55,699 bases of DNA. Origin: a virus (lineage: Duplodnaviria; Caudoviricetes). The position numbers were made by a program, and so were the translations under genes. The stretch spans positions 1 through 55,699 of the IMG/VR virus record IMGVR_UViG_3300037993_000081. One strand, written 5' to 3'. A model generated the notes under the pieces. That model saw only the letters and a list, made by a program, of their open reading frames with translations. It did no database searches and had not been told where the DNA came from. Positions 46,306-54,827 of the stretch are shown piece after piece. The first letter of the stretch is position 1; every line of letters begins with the position of its first letter.

Positions 46306-46593
46306 TCACGCGCCTGCCCCGGTTTTGCGATACAAGTTTTCGCCGATGTCGTCAGTCCCTACTATTTCATACTCGCCTTTTTCTACAAGCGGCATAATCG
46401 CCTGAGTCATTTCTATCGCTAATTTTGCGACTCTAATCTGATCTGCACTTGGTTCTTCTATGTTGAGACGACAGCACGATTCCTCGATAGCTAACCGAAT
46501 GCCGGAACGATACGGTTCAGTAAAACTATCGGCCATTGCTGTAATGTGGGCAAAAAGACGTTGTAACCTTTCAATGCTAATTGGCTCCTTCAT
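46306..46593 (-). CDS. Hypothetical protein
   Basis: GAGGTG RBS; its stop codon lies inside repeat A. Confidence 0.6.
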   Translation of the reverse strand: MKEPISIERLQRLFAHITAMADSFTEPYRSGIRLAIEESCCRLNIEEPSADQIRVAKLAIEMTQAIMPLVEKGEYEIVGTDDIGENLYRKTGAGA

Positions 46594-46722
46594 AGATCAC
46601 CTCACTTTCTATCTGCGGGCGTGCCCCCGCTCTTTGTGCGCTATCGCCCTCTCCCGCGTTCACGCGCCCGATTCCGGGATTGCGCCAGATTGCTCCTGTC
46701 CATTGAGCCGACCTCGGCTGCG

Positions 46723-46923
46723 TTAGTCTATGGTGGTCACGATTTGACACGCACAATAAGTTAGTAGCGCGATTCCGGCAGAAAGCATGATGATTGGTGG
46801 AATATATTCCCAAGAATAACCTGAACCACCAATTTCTACGATCTTCCCAACCATCGCCAGACAGGCACTAGCACAGCCGATGATGATAAAGGATAGTATC
46901 AGTCCAATAACTCGCGTTGTCAT
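46723..46923 (-). CDS. Small two-TM protein
   Basis: AAGGAG RBS; two hydrophobic segments. Confidence 0.6.
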   Translation of the reverse strand: MTTRVIGLILSFIIIGCASACLAMVGKIVEIGGSGYSWEYIPPIIMLSAGIALLTYCACQIVTTID

Positions 46924-47094
46924 ATTGTCATTCTCCTTTCCTACGCTGCGGGCGTGCCCCACGAACAGATGCCGCTTAAGGGAGAAGCATCCTCGCCTTG
47001 CACGCCCGCTGGCTCTAACCGTGCCACACTCGGGTAGTTTATATTGCCCGCTTCGCATTCTGCGGGAACCGCTATCACGCACGCACGGTTAAAC

Positions 47095-47355
47095 TCATTT
47101 ACCCTTCTCCCCGACAGGTTCGTAACTTGCTGCGAAAATGTCGGGCTTGCACGGATAAAATTCTCCTCGAATCCCTCTGATTATCCAGTCACCGCTTGAA
47201 GCGAAAATGAATCCCTCCATCGTGGCAATACGTAATATTTTATGATCGCTGCCGTCGTAGTTCGCTGAAGGACAGAACTTGCGAATCGTGCGTAAATTAT
47301 TCCCGGTCCAGCGAACTGCTTCTTTTATCAGTGGCCTCGTGCGAAACTTAGCCAT
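47095..47355 (-). CDS. Conserved small phage protein (PGDYG-like)
   Basis: TMEG...GDWIIRGIRGEFYPCKPDIFAASYE. Confidence 0.8.
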   Translation of the reverse strand: MAKFRTRPLIKEAVRWTGNNLRTIRKFCPSANYDGSDHKILRIATMEGFIFASSGDWIIRGIRGEFYPCKPDIFAASYEPVGEKGK

Positions 47356-47468
47356 TGCCCTACTCCTTCTCTGCGGCTATCGAGGTTCTGTGTGGCTACT
47401 CCTCCAAGATAAATTCCAGTGATCCGAAAAACGTTGTGCCCTGCGAGAACTACGTCACCTACTTGCAT
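47328..47468 (-). CDS. Short, possibly truncated hypothetical protein
   Basis: AAGGAG RBS; MQVGDVV start. Confidence 0.45.
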   Translation of the reverse strand: MQVGDVVLAGHNVFRITGIYLGGVATQNLDSRREGVGQWLSFARGH

Positions 47469-47603
47469 TATGTTTTCTCCTTTTTCCTGCTCGCTATCGC
47501 TCTCCCATCCCGCGTTCACGCGCCGACCCCGGTTACTGCACTATTGGGTGTGTTGGATCAAAGGTCAGATCTCCCGGCCTTGGCACTGGCATCACCACCT
47601 TTC

Positions 47604-47918
47604 CTACCCTGCCCGGCGTGCCCCACGATGCTCCTGCTTGCGGATCGCCTGCTCGACTTCATTGACGAATTTCCCCGCAACTTCGAGCTGCCGCAAACCT
47701 GCATCAGAAACACATGAGCGGTTTCTTAATTCAAATAGTTCGTCATACTTTGCGGCAGCAATTTTGATGTCAGCTTCCTTCTGCTCTCGCCGCCCAGCCT
47801 CGTAGCCGACCTTGAATAGATCGATTAATAATCCCGCTTGCTCCTGCTCGTCCAGTGGCCCCAACTTCGCCATAATCCTGTCCGACGGCGCTTTTCGCTG
47901 CTCCTTCGTCAGTGACAT
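47604..47918 (-). CDS. Hypothetical protein
   Basis: GGAGG RBS; its stop codon lies inside repeat B. Confidence 0.55.
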   Translation of the reverse strand: MSLTKEQRKAPSDRIMAKLGPLDEQEQAGLLIDLFKVGYEAGRREQKEADIKIAAAKYDELFELRNRSCVSDAGLRQLEVAGKFVNEVEQAIRKQEHRGARRAG

Positions 47919-48015
47919 CCTTCCTCCATTTTCTGCTTTTGCAAGCCGGACACTCCAGCGGCTTCTCCGTCCTTCCCAACCATTCATGCCCGCATTTTTT
48001 ACATGTCTGTTTCAT
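47770..48015 (-). CDS. Zn-ribbon protein, first gene of the leftward early operon
   Basis: CKKCGHEW...PLECPACKSRKW. Confidence 0.65.
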   Translation of the reverse strand: MKQTCKKCGHEWLGRTEKPLECPACKSRKWRKDVTDEGAAKSAVGQDYGEVGATGRAGASGIINRSIQGRLRGWAARAEGS

Positions 48016-48019
48016 GTTT

Positions 48020-48038
48020 GATTATGATTATCATAATC
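48020..48038. promoter_or_regulatory. Palindromic operator overlapping the probable -10 of the leftward operon
   Basis: GATTATGAT-T-ATCATAATC, perfect 9-bp arms. Confidence 0.65.
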
Positions 48039-48404
48039 CTAATCCGATCTCAAGTAAAATTTTTATTTTCTGCGAACCAAGAGAAAAAACCCGTCCACGC
48101 CATCGCGCCGACGCCGGGGTGCGGACAACCTTTCTAACCCGACAAGGTGCCGGAAACGGGCCGATTACTAACTTAGAGTTATGCGTATCATCCTTCAGTG
48201 ACAAGCACTTAGCGGTGACAAGACACCATAACAGTACCGAATGACGGCGAATCGACCGACAATCGACCGCGAATCACCGACAGATCGGAAGCAACATCTA
48301 ACCTCAGCGCTCGGCAAACTTCGCACGATGGGCGAATAGAACGATAGGCAACTATGCAAAGGCCTTTTGACTGGCACGCTGATAAAGGATGTGGTTCAAT
48401 TGAA

Positions 48405-48420
48405 CGTTCCACGTGGAACA
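48405..48420. promoter_or_regulatory. parS: parS-like centromere site
   Basis: CGTTCCACGTGGAACA matches the bacterial chromosomal parS palindrome. Confidence 0.75.
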
Positions 48421-48432
48421 TAGCGAGGGGAT

Positions 48433-48666
48433 ATGCTGAAAGGACGGACGAAAGGACACCGAACCATTGAATGCTCGCACTGCCATCGGGTTAAAGACAC
48501 GGTAGGAACGTATTGTAAGCACTGCCGGTCGGAGTATTCAAACGAATGGCAAAAGCTTCAAAGGATGGAGTTAAAGCTTGCCAGGGCGCAGCTAAAGGCG
48601 ATTAGGGGGCAATCTGTAGAGGATTCGCAAGAGGATAGGGAGCAAGATAAAACCCCAGAGGGTTAG
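48433..48666 (+). CDS. Zn-finger plus coiled-coil protein
   Basis: CSHC...YCKHC; GAGGGG RBS. Confidence 0.6.
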   Translation: MLKGRTKGHRTIECSHCHRVKDTVGTYCKHCRSEYSNEWQKLQRMELKLARAQLKAIRGQSVEDSQEDREQDKTPEG

Positions 48667-48759
48667 AGGTCTCTAGAGATACCAAGGAGCAAGACGCGGC
48701 GCTAATCGTCTGTCTAAATTCAGACACGGAGATTTCCACAGGAGTGTAAAACTTACCTA

Positions 48760-48788
48760 TTGACAAGATTCCAGCGTTCGATTACATT
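48760..48788 (+). promoter_or_regulatory. Sigma70-type promoter of the rightward early operon
   Basis: TTGACA-17 nt-TACATT. Confidence 0.7.
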
Positions 48789-48826
48789 CTAACCATCGGA
48801 CATATCCGATAGAGCGAGGATGAGAG

Positions 48827-49030
48827 ATGACAAAGGGTGAATTGAGACGGGCGCGCCGCGCTGCGCGTGCCGAAGGTAAACCGTTGACGGGCGAATTAGC
48901 TCTCCCGCAAGATAATCGACATGACAAGCAAGTATTCTCTGAATCACCGCGAGGGTATCGGGCGCGTGAGCGATGGGCACGTTTCTACGATGAATTGAAT
49001 GGCGCGCCTGAAAGCGATTACGACAGATAG
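48827..49030 (+). CDS. Hypothetical protein
   Basis: GAGGA RBS after the promoter. Confidence 0.6.
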   Translation: MTKGELRRARRAARAEGKPLTGELALPQDNRHDKQVFSESPRGYRARERWARFYDELNGAPESDYDR

Positions 49031-49101
49031 TTACGGCCAGATGCGGCCCATTTGCGGGATGGCTGCATCGGGATACAACTAACATCGGAGGAAACGCTAA
49101 A

Positions 49102-49317
49102 ATGACGATCATCGAAGTTTGCCCCGCTACTAATGGTCCTACCCGCTGCCAATTGCCGATTGGGCATTGTGGCCCACATGAAGGCCCGAAGCACTTGTAC
49201 CTGCCTGAGATGCCAAGGGTGCGTTGGTTTGACTGCATTTGTCATGAGGGCTTCGGGATGAATCTTAGTTGCCGACAACATGGACCGGAGAGCGGGGAAT
49301 GGTACGGCAAGGTATAG
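49102..49317 (+). CDS. Cys/His-rich small protein
   Basis: GGAGG RBS; RCQLPIGHCGPH. Confidence 0.55.
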   Translation: MTIIEVCPATNGPTRCQLPIGHCGPHEGPKHLYLPEMPRVRWFDCICHEGFGMNLSCRQHGPESGEWYGKV

Positions 49318-49386
49318 CCTCAACCTCGGCCCTCGGCACAGCGGGGGCCGGTGATGCGGCTACACAATTCAGACGAAGGAGCGACT

Positions 49387-49899
49387 ATGAAAACGAGTGA
49401 CGCGGTAACGCAGTCCGTTGAACGTTGCGACAAGCAAACACCTTACAAACGGCACGATTGGTACGAGGCGCCACAAACCGAAACCACTAACGCATACTAT
49501 GCCTGTCGAACGTGCGGGTACTTGGCACCACGTAAGGAAGAGAAGAGAATTGAAGCGATCTTGCATCTGCGCAAGATACTACCCAAGGGCAGCACGGTGT
49601 ATACAATCCTCAAGCATGTTAGCCGAAGCGGGATGACGCGGGGGATTGATTGCTACGCGCTGTCAGTCGAGGGCGGCCCATGCGTCGCTGGACATAACAA
49701 CGGCACGTATGCGGTGCCGATCTGGATCACATCTTGGGTTGGTCACGCGATTGATTCTCCCCAGCCTATTGACTACTGGCGCAAGTCAATGGGCCTCAAG
49801 GTCGGTGGATGCGGAATGGACATGGGGTTTCACGTTGTCAACTCGCTATCCTATGCGTTGTACGATGACGGATATGCGCTCAAACACGCTTGGCTGTGA
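49387..49899 (+). CDS. Conserved phage hypothetical protein
   Basis: TVYTILKHVSRSGM and VGGCGMDMGF motifs; AAGGAG RBS. Confidence 0.7.
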   Translation: MKTSDAVTQSVERCDKQTPYKRHDWYEAPQTETTNAYYACRTCGYLAPRKEEKRIEAILHLRKILPKGSTVYTILKHVSRSGMTRGIDCYALSVEGGPCVAGHNNGTYAVPIWITSWVGHAIDSPQPIDYWRKSMGLKVGGCGMDMGFHVVNSLSYALYDDGYALKHAWL

Positions 49900-49950
49900 G
49901 CTTTCGGCAGTGTCTAATTGCCTCGCTCGCGGGAAGAATGGAGGGACAAG

Positions 49951-50343
49951 GTGAGCATTATCAGGATGGGTATTGACGACGACAACACGGTAAAGATTAC
50001 ATTCGCTTGCGGTCATCCTGGTGAAACCGTGAAACGCTGCGCGGAATCGTATCGAGAGCGATGGTGCGATGACTGCGCTAGGGCCAAGATGCCGCAAGCG
50101 GTTGAATGCTTGCGCGAATTGATGCAGAAGAACGGTGACTGGCTAGGCCCGAATCTAGGGCCAATTGGAGCGGTCATCTATGTCCGGCAGTGCCGGGGCT
50201 TTCAGGGCATCGTTGCGTGGTCTGGTTTGGATTGGATGTTTGACGCGCTGGAAGGAGTCGAACCAACACGCAAGATCACGCCGTACATTGAACTGTTTGA
50301 GAAGATCGAGCTTTCGGCAGCTCCTGGCCTCGCTCGCAAATGA
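49951..50343 (+). CDS. Hypothetical Zn-binding protein
   Basis: GGAGG RBS before GTG; CGH...CDDC. Confidence 0.55.
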   Translation: MSIIRMGIDDDNTVKITFACGHPGETVKRCAESYRERWCDDCARAKMPQAVECLRELMQKNGDWLGPNLGPIGAVIYVRQCRGFQGIVAWSGLDWMFDALEGVEPTRKITPYIELFEKIELSAAPGLARK

Positions 50344-50409
50344 CTGCCGACCATAGCGGGCCTCGCTCGTGAGGCTCGCTTGGTGAGTGGTCCAACGAAA
50401 GGCAAACGA

Positions 50410-50592
50410 ATGACGAACCAAGCAGCACAAGAACTAGGACGACTACGCTGGAAGGGAATCACGAAAGCGGAACGATCCGCACTCGTACCCCACAACGGCG
50501 GACGCCCAAGACTCTATCCGCCTTGCACGAAACACAAAGGACGACACAGCTTCAAGAACGGTGTGTGCGATTGCGGAGTAGTTAGAAAATAA
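50410..50592 (+). CDS. Small basic protein
   Basis: NQAAQELGRL...GGRPR motif. Confidence 0.55.
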   Translation: MTNQAAQELGRLRWKGITKAERSALVPHNGGRPRLYPPCTKHKGRHSFKNGVCDCGVVRK

Positions 50593-50618
50593 CAGTTGAC
50601 GGAAAGGATACTGAATTT

Positions 50619-51413
50619 ATGTGCAAAGCCTTTAGCTGTATCGTTGACCGAAATGCCAAGGTCACTTGGAAACTAGGCGCGGATTCTCACGAATCCCTAC
50701 TCGCCCTAACTTCGTTGAAAGACAACACTGCCGATCCTGCTTTGATGACATTCGCAAGAGTAGAGATCACGCCAAAAAACGGCGATTACCTGTTCCCAGA
50801 CGTTTGGGAATTGAAAGTGGATCAAGCAATTACTCCAACTTGGTTCACCGAAAAGCACAGAACTGCGGCAACTGCTGCTCACGGAAAATGGTTAACAAAG
50901 CTCGACAAGTTTCTTGTGAGAAAGAAGATCGTCCATCCTTTCAATATCGTGCCTCCATCGGTCATCACAAAGCAGCATATCAATATGCTGCGGAAGTGGG
51001 CCAGCGTGCGGGACAGCGTGCGGGCCAGCGTGGGGGACAGCGTGGGGGCCAGCGTGCGGGACAGCGTGTGGGCCAGCGTGTGGGACAGCGTGCGGGCCAG
51101 TGTGTGGGACAGCGTGGGGGACAGCGTGGGGGACAGCGTGGGGGCCAGCGTGCGGGACAGCGTGTGGGCCAGCGTGTGGGACAGCGTGCGGGCCAGTGTG
51201 TGGGACAGCGTGGGGGCTTATATTGGATCATTTTTCATTTTGCCCGTCTGGAAATACGTTAAACATCCTCGCGACAAGTATCCGTTTGCGCCATGCGTTC
51301 AGCTTTGGAACATCGGCCTCGTTGCATCCTTTGACGGAGAGACATGGCGCTTGCATGGGCACAAGAATGCCAGAGTTCTATTTCAGATCACAGCGGAAGA
51401 TTTAAAGAAATGA
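50619..51413 (+). CDS. Tetrapeptide-repeat phage protein
   Basis: MCKAFSC N-terminus, 18 (A/D)SV(R/W/G) repeats, C-terminal LWNIGLVASFDG. Confidence 0.75.
   Translation: MCKAFSCIVDRNAKVTWKLGADSHESLLALTSLKDNTADPALMTFARVEITPKNGDYLFPDVWELKVDQAITPTWFTEKHRTAATAAHGKWLTKLDKFLVRKKIVHPFNIVPPSVITKQHINMLRKWASVRDSVRASVGDSVGASVRDSVWASVWDSVRASVWDSVGDSVGDSVGASVRDSVWASVWDSVRASVWDSVGAYIGSFFILPVWKYVKHPRDKYPFAPCVQLWNIGLVASFDGETWRLHGHKNARVLFQITAEDLKK
51000..51215 (+). repeat. 12-bp coding tandem repeat, 18 units
   Basis: G(C/A)CAG(C/T)GTG(C/G/T)GG units. Confidence 0.95.
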
Positions 51414-51592
51414 GCAAAAACGAGATCGTAAAACTCTTGCTGGCAGGAGTAGAGTCGAAATTGATTGACGCTCGCCCTGGCGCTAGAAGTTTGTGGCTTG
51501 GACCGGCAAGAGCTACGAAAGCGAGACTAAAAAAGCGAAGGGAGAAGAAGTATGTCATTACAATTGAATCACATCAACGTCAAGGTCGTTGA
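51410..51592 (+). CDS. Small basic hypothetical protein
   Basis: ATGA overlap. Confidence 0.45.
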   Translation: MSKNEIVKLLLAGVESKLIDARPGARSLWLGPARATKARLKKRREKKYVITIESHQRQGR

Positions 51593-51794
51593 GATGCCGC
51601 GCCAATCATCCATTCTCGACACAGATTACGAAGAGGAGCCGCGCAGAAAACGATTGCGAGAATTGCAGAATGTGGATTGGTTTGTGGCTTGTGCCTGGGG
51701 CTGCACTGGGTTGGTGATGGTAGTTTGGGCGCGAATCATTTACTTGGTTGGCCGCGATCTGCTCTATTGGTTTTCCACTAGGATGATGCGGTAA
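51552..51794 (+). CDS. Small membrane protein
   Basis: GGAG RBS; C-terminal hydrophobic helix. Confidence 0.5.
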   Translation: MSLQLNHINVKVVEMPRQSSILDTDYEEEPRRKRLRELQNVDWFVACAWGCTGLVMVVWARIIYLVGRDLLYWFSTRMMR

Positions 51795-51810
51795 GTCTCA
51801 CAGAACTTCG

Positions 51811-52389
51811 CTAAAACGGTATCTCTGCGTCTTCCAAATATTCTGAAACTGGCAGCGTAGAACCCGGTGGGAGTGGAGGCAATTTGCTCTTACGATCCAA
51901 CAATTTAAGCCGTCTCTCGTCTTCGTAGAATTGCTCCACGGTGTCCGGTAATCCTTGCACGAATTGGTCAATGGAAATCCACTCATCTAGCGCCTGCCAG
52001 CGGTTTTCTTTCTTGCGCCAAGACTGGATCAGGATCAAGCAACCAGAAAGAATGCAGAGCTTTGCTTCGGCGCTGGCGATGATCTTGTTCCGGCGTGTTG
52101 CGTGATTCGCGGACGAGGTGACTTGAACGAAAACGACTCCTGATTCCATGTCAAAATTTCGGCGTTCCATAAATTCAGAAGCGGGGAAAAATCCGTGCAT
52201 TCTTGGTCGAACCGCGATAAGATCGAAAACGTTCCAGAGATCGTGAGCGATGTCAATCATCTGCCGAGAACCGCATGCCTTGCATGGCTGAGACTTTGGT
52301 GCGGGGAATCTTTTCCGGCGCTCGACTGAGCCGGTCAGATAACCACGACTACGCAAGAGTGCTTCGGTCCTACGCTGGAGATCGCTCAT
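51811..52389 (-). CDS. PD-(D/E)XK nuclease, resolvase-like, with a CxxC insert
   Basis: FDLIAVR...VVFVQVTS; start 52389 by ATGA overlap. Confidence 0.6.
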   Translation of the reverse strand: MSDLQRRTEALLRSRGYLTGSVERRKRFPAPKSQPCKACGSRQMIDIAHDLWNVFDLIAVRPRMHGFFPASEFMERRNFDMESGVVFVQVTSSANHATRRNKIIASAEAKLCILSGCLILIQSWRKKENRWQALDEWISIDQFVQGLPDTVEQFYEDERRLKLLDRKSKLPPLPPGSTLPVSEYLEDAEIPF

Positions 52390-52634
52390 TGTCCATGCTC
52401 CTTTCGATGGCAAAGGCCGCAAAGCCCCTTGCACGATTCAAAACTATCGTCGCGCTTACCACCACCCATTCCACGGCCGTTTTTGTGGTGAACGTGGAAA
52501 GATTCTGGAAAAAATAACTCTACTGTGTAGCTAGTCATTCTCCCACAATCGAAACATCTGTATTTCTGTAAGAACCACAAGGCATTACGAAAACCTGTAA
52601 TCGTCCTACCGTCCTTGGTCACCCGTATCGACAT
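52386..52634 (-). CDS. HNH endonuclease
   Basis: CFDCG...HVHH...LCGLCHRKEH. Confidence 0.8.
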   Translation of the reverse strand: MSIRVTKDGRTITGFRNALWFLQKYRCFDCGRMTSYTVELFFPESFHVHHKNGRGMGGGKRDDSFESCKGLCGLCHRKEHGQ

Positions 52635-53226
52635 TCGCTAGAAGCTCCTCAAATGCCTGCTCGTAGGTGATTTCTTGACCATTCCGAGCGCGGCAGTCAT
52701 CTAAGAACTTACGCCACTTAGAATACAAAGTAAAGTCTAAATTTAGACTCAACCTGAGACGGGTTTCGATGATTGCTAGTGGAAACTCTTTTGCCACCTT
52801 TTCGCGAAAGACTTTCGGCTTGGCCCGAGCTGCTTGCTGCACGTCTGGATCGCGTTGCAAGGCCGCTGGGAGCTGCCGGTAGATTTGTGCGGAGCCGAGC
52901 GACATCTGCAAGATCGACTCACCGGCGTTCGGACTGGTTTCCTTGTACAAAGTCTTGTAAGCGTAGATACTTGATCGGTCATAACCTGAGAGTAGTTCAA
53001 TTTCCAAGATGCAGGCTCCCATAGAGTCGTAGCCCAAGGCTGTGTAATCCCGGTCACATTCCATCTGGACGACCAATCGGCCTATCCTGGCCCATATACG
53101 GCCCGCGTCCACAGCTTGCTTGCCAAGACTCACCAACTCGTCGAACCTAGCACGTGCGCGTCCTGGCACCGCTAATGCGTCGGGCGGGGCATCTGACGAC
53201 GGAATCACAACCGCTGTCGCTATCAC
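52606..53226 (-). CDS. Hypothetical helical protein, possibly DNA-binding
   Basis: GGAGG RBS and GTGA overlap; YTALGYDSM motif. Confidence 0.55.
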   Translation of the reverse strand: MIATAVVIPSSDAPPDALAVPGRARARFDELVSLGKQAVDAGRIWARIGRLVVQMECDRDYTALGYDSMGACILEIELLSGYDRSSIYAYKTLYKETSPNAGESILQMSLGSAQIYRQLPAALQRDPDVQQAARAKPKVFREKVAKEFPLAIIETRLRLSLNLDFTLYSKWRKFLDDCRARNGQEITYEQAFEELLANVDTGDQGR

Positions 53227-53543
53227 ATTTTCCTCCATTGCAACTTTGCCGCAGGAATGATGGTTCCACACTCTGCGCAGCCATATTTACACTCACGCAG
53301 AATCCGATCCATCCTCTGTGGCCACGCTTCGAGAATGAAGTTAGAAATTTCCATCGGCAGAAGTCGCAGATCGGGGTGTTGACAGTTTTGGCACCTGGCT
53401 ACCATGAGATCGAGAGGCTTGCCGTACTCACGCGAGATTGACATTTTATTCCTGTGGTTCTGCGGTCTTTTTCCAAGATTTCGTCTATGACGGTCATCTT
53501 CGTTCTGTAACACTTTCAGCGCTAACTTTGTCGCGTCCATCAT
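53223..53543 (-). CDS. Zn-ribbon protein
   Basis: CQNC...CAECG. Confidence 0.55.
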   Translation of the reverse strand: MMDATKLALKVLQNEDDRHRRNLGKRPQNHRNKMSISREYGKPLDLMVARCQNCQHPDLRLLPMEISNFILEAWPQRMDRILRECKYGCAECGTIIPAAKLQWRKM

Positions 53544-53589
53544 TTGTCAAGCATTAAGTTCAGTTTGCTAAAATACCAAAGTTTGGCTA

Positions 53590-54093
53590 TCAAAAGGGAC
53601 ACTCCTGTACCATCCAATCCTCCGGCAAACTGCGATAGTGTGCCGGTGTCCCACCTTCCCGAGTAGCGTTCAACTCTTTGTACATCGTTATGTACTCATC
53701 GTTTATCGGCTTACGACCGTGGGTTTTACGAATCGCCGAAATCCGCTTAACCAGCCACATCACATCGTTCGAGTTGTACCCGGTATCGTCCAGCGAGCAG
53801 TCGCGTCCCTCGGGTTCGTTTTCTACAAACCATGTTCGGAGAAGTTGTAACAGGTCAGAAAGGGCGGGAAGTGTCTTGGCGTTGCGGCCCCAACTGTCTA
53901 AAGCCCATTCAATCGCTGCCACTGGGTAAGGCGCGAGATCGTTGAGTAACTGTTCCATTCGCTCGCCGCTCATTGACCTGCCCAAGCGCAGCGCCATTGC
54001 CGTTATTGCGGCTAAGATTTTCGAGGATTCTTCTAGCGGCCTGAGCAGTGTTTGTTGCATCACGTTCGTCGAACGTTTCGCCTGATTTGGCAT
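53590..54093 (-). CDS. Putative helicase loader/inhibitor-like replication protein
   Basis: LAPYPVAAIEWALDSW...LPALSDLL pattern; downstream of an initiator-like gene. Confidence 0.45.
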   Translation of the reverse strand: MPNQAKRSTNVMQQTLLRPLEESSKILAAITAMALRLGRSMSGERMEQLLNDLAPYPVAAIEWALDSWGRNAKTLPALSDLLQLLRTWFVENEPEGRDCSLDDTGYNSNDVMWLVKRISAIRKTHGRKPINDEYITMYKELNATREGGTPAHYRSLPEDWMVQECPF

Positions 54094-54460
54094 TGGGGTC
54101 TCTCCTGAATCTGTCGTGATTGTGAACTATGTACTCATCCAGTCGGGGAAGCCAGTAACCCGGTCTCTGGCGTGCTGGGATGTCGTCCGACTGCGCTATG
54201 TTTTTCAGCGCTAGCGCAAAATCGCGGTCGGTCATGTTGGGATTTTCTTCGAGAAGGGATTTGAGTTGGCGTGCTTCCATCGGTCCCCATCTAGGGTCAC
54301 AGTCCCAAACCCAGTGGAACATGCGGAAGATGTAGTCCTTGAAAACTATGAAGCGCGTGTCTTTCGGTTCTGGACAAGTGAGAGAAAATTCCATTTTCCG
54401 ATCTTCTAGGTAATCATCAAACTCTATTGCTCTTTTGAGGTCTCTGTCTAGTGGGTGCAT
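53909..54460 (-). CDS. Putative replication initiator (replisome-organiser C-terminal-like)
   Basis: AGGAG RBS; position and PGYWLPRLDEY pattern; weak call. Confidence 0.4.
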   Translation of the reverse strand: MHPLDRDLKRAIEFDDYLEDRKMEFSLTCPEPKDTRFIVFKDYIFRMFHWVWDCDPRWGPMEARQLKSLLEENPNMTDRDFALALKNIAQSDDIPARQRPGYWLPRLDEYIVHNHDRFRRDPNAKSGETFDERDATNTAQAARRILENLSRNNGNGAALGQVNERRANGTVTQRSRALPSGSD

Positions 54461-54469
54461 TTGATCTTG

Positions 54470-54825
54470 CTCCTAAAAGTCATGCTTGATTCCAGAGCAG
54501 AGAAAAGGCTGGGTTAGGAGCCTTTTCTAACCATGCTGTCATCCGTCGCGTGGTCAGAGTACAGTTGCCTTGGCTACCACTGGCCCCCGCAGGGGTCAAT
54601 CCCCCTAACGATGGGCAACGGCGTACACGCCTGCTGGCACCGACCGACACTCCCCGGAACAATCCTGGTTGCCTCGGCAGAATAATATTCTGGCAACTGG
54701 AAACCAAGTCGAATTTTCGAGAGGAGTCATGCGCCAGTGGTTCAGATGATCGGTTGGGCTGGTAGCTGGGAACCACTGGCGGTGAATTAACCAGCACGCC
54801 CAGCCCGCCCGAACTCGGAACTGCC
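54470..54825 (-). ncRNA. Long structured 5' leader / cis-regulatory RNA
   Basis: 12-bp and 10-bp perfect stems plus alternative pairings between the promoter and ATG 54460. Confidence 0.5.
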
Positions 54826-54827
54826 AA

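Larger units (their letters stand above)
46285..47628. repeat. Dispersed gene-junction repeats, two families of three copies
   Basis: A core TCCCGCGTTCACGCGCC within copies at 46285, 46639 and 47492; B (CTTTC..TA..CTGC..GGCGTGCCCC) at 46605, 46935 and 47598. Confidence 0.9.

Noticed and set aside
46285-47628. CRISPR mini-array or integron attC array
   Set aside because: Irregular spacing of hundreds of bp, no RYYYAAC/GTTRRRY ends and no integrase; retained only as junction repeats
48209-48421. ORF beginning MFHVER
   Set aside because: This is the translation of the parS palindrome, a known spurious ORF start
51000-51215. CRISPR array
   Set aside because: Contiguous 12-bp coding units without unique spacers
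50666-51405. Alternative-frame repeat ORFs (GQRA/GTAW/PARC repeats)
   Set aside because: By-products of a stop-free 12-bp repeat
404-54460. Genome-wide TAG recoding
   Set aside because: Long genes are intact under the standard code, and TAG ends MCP and scaffold with further stops shortly after
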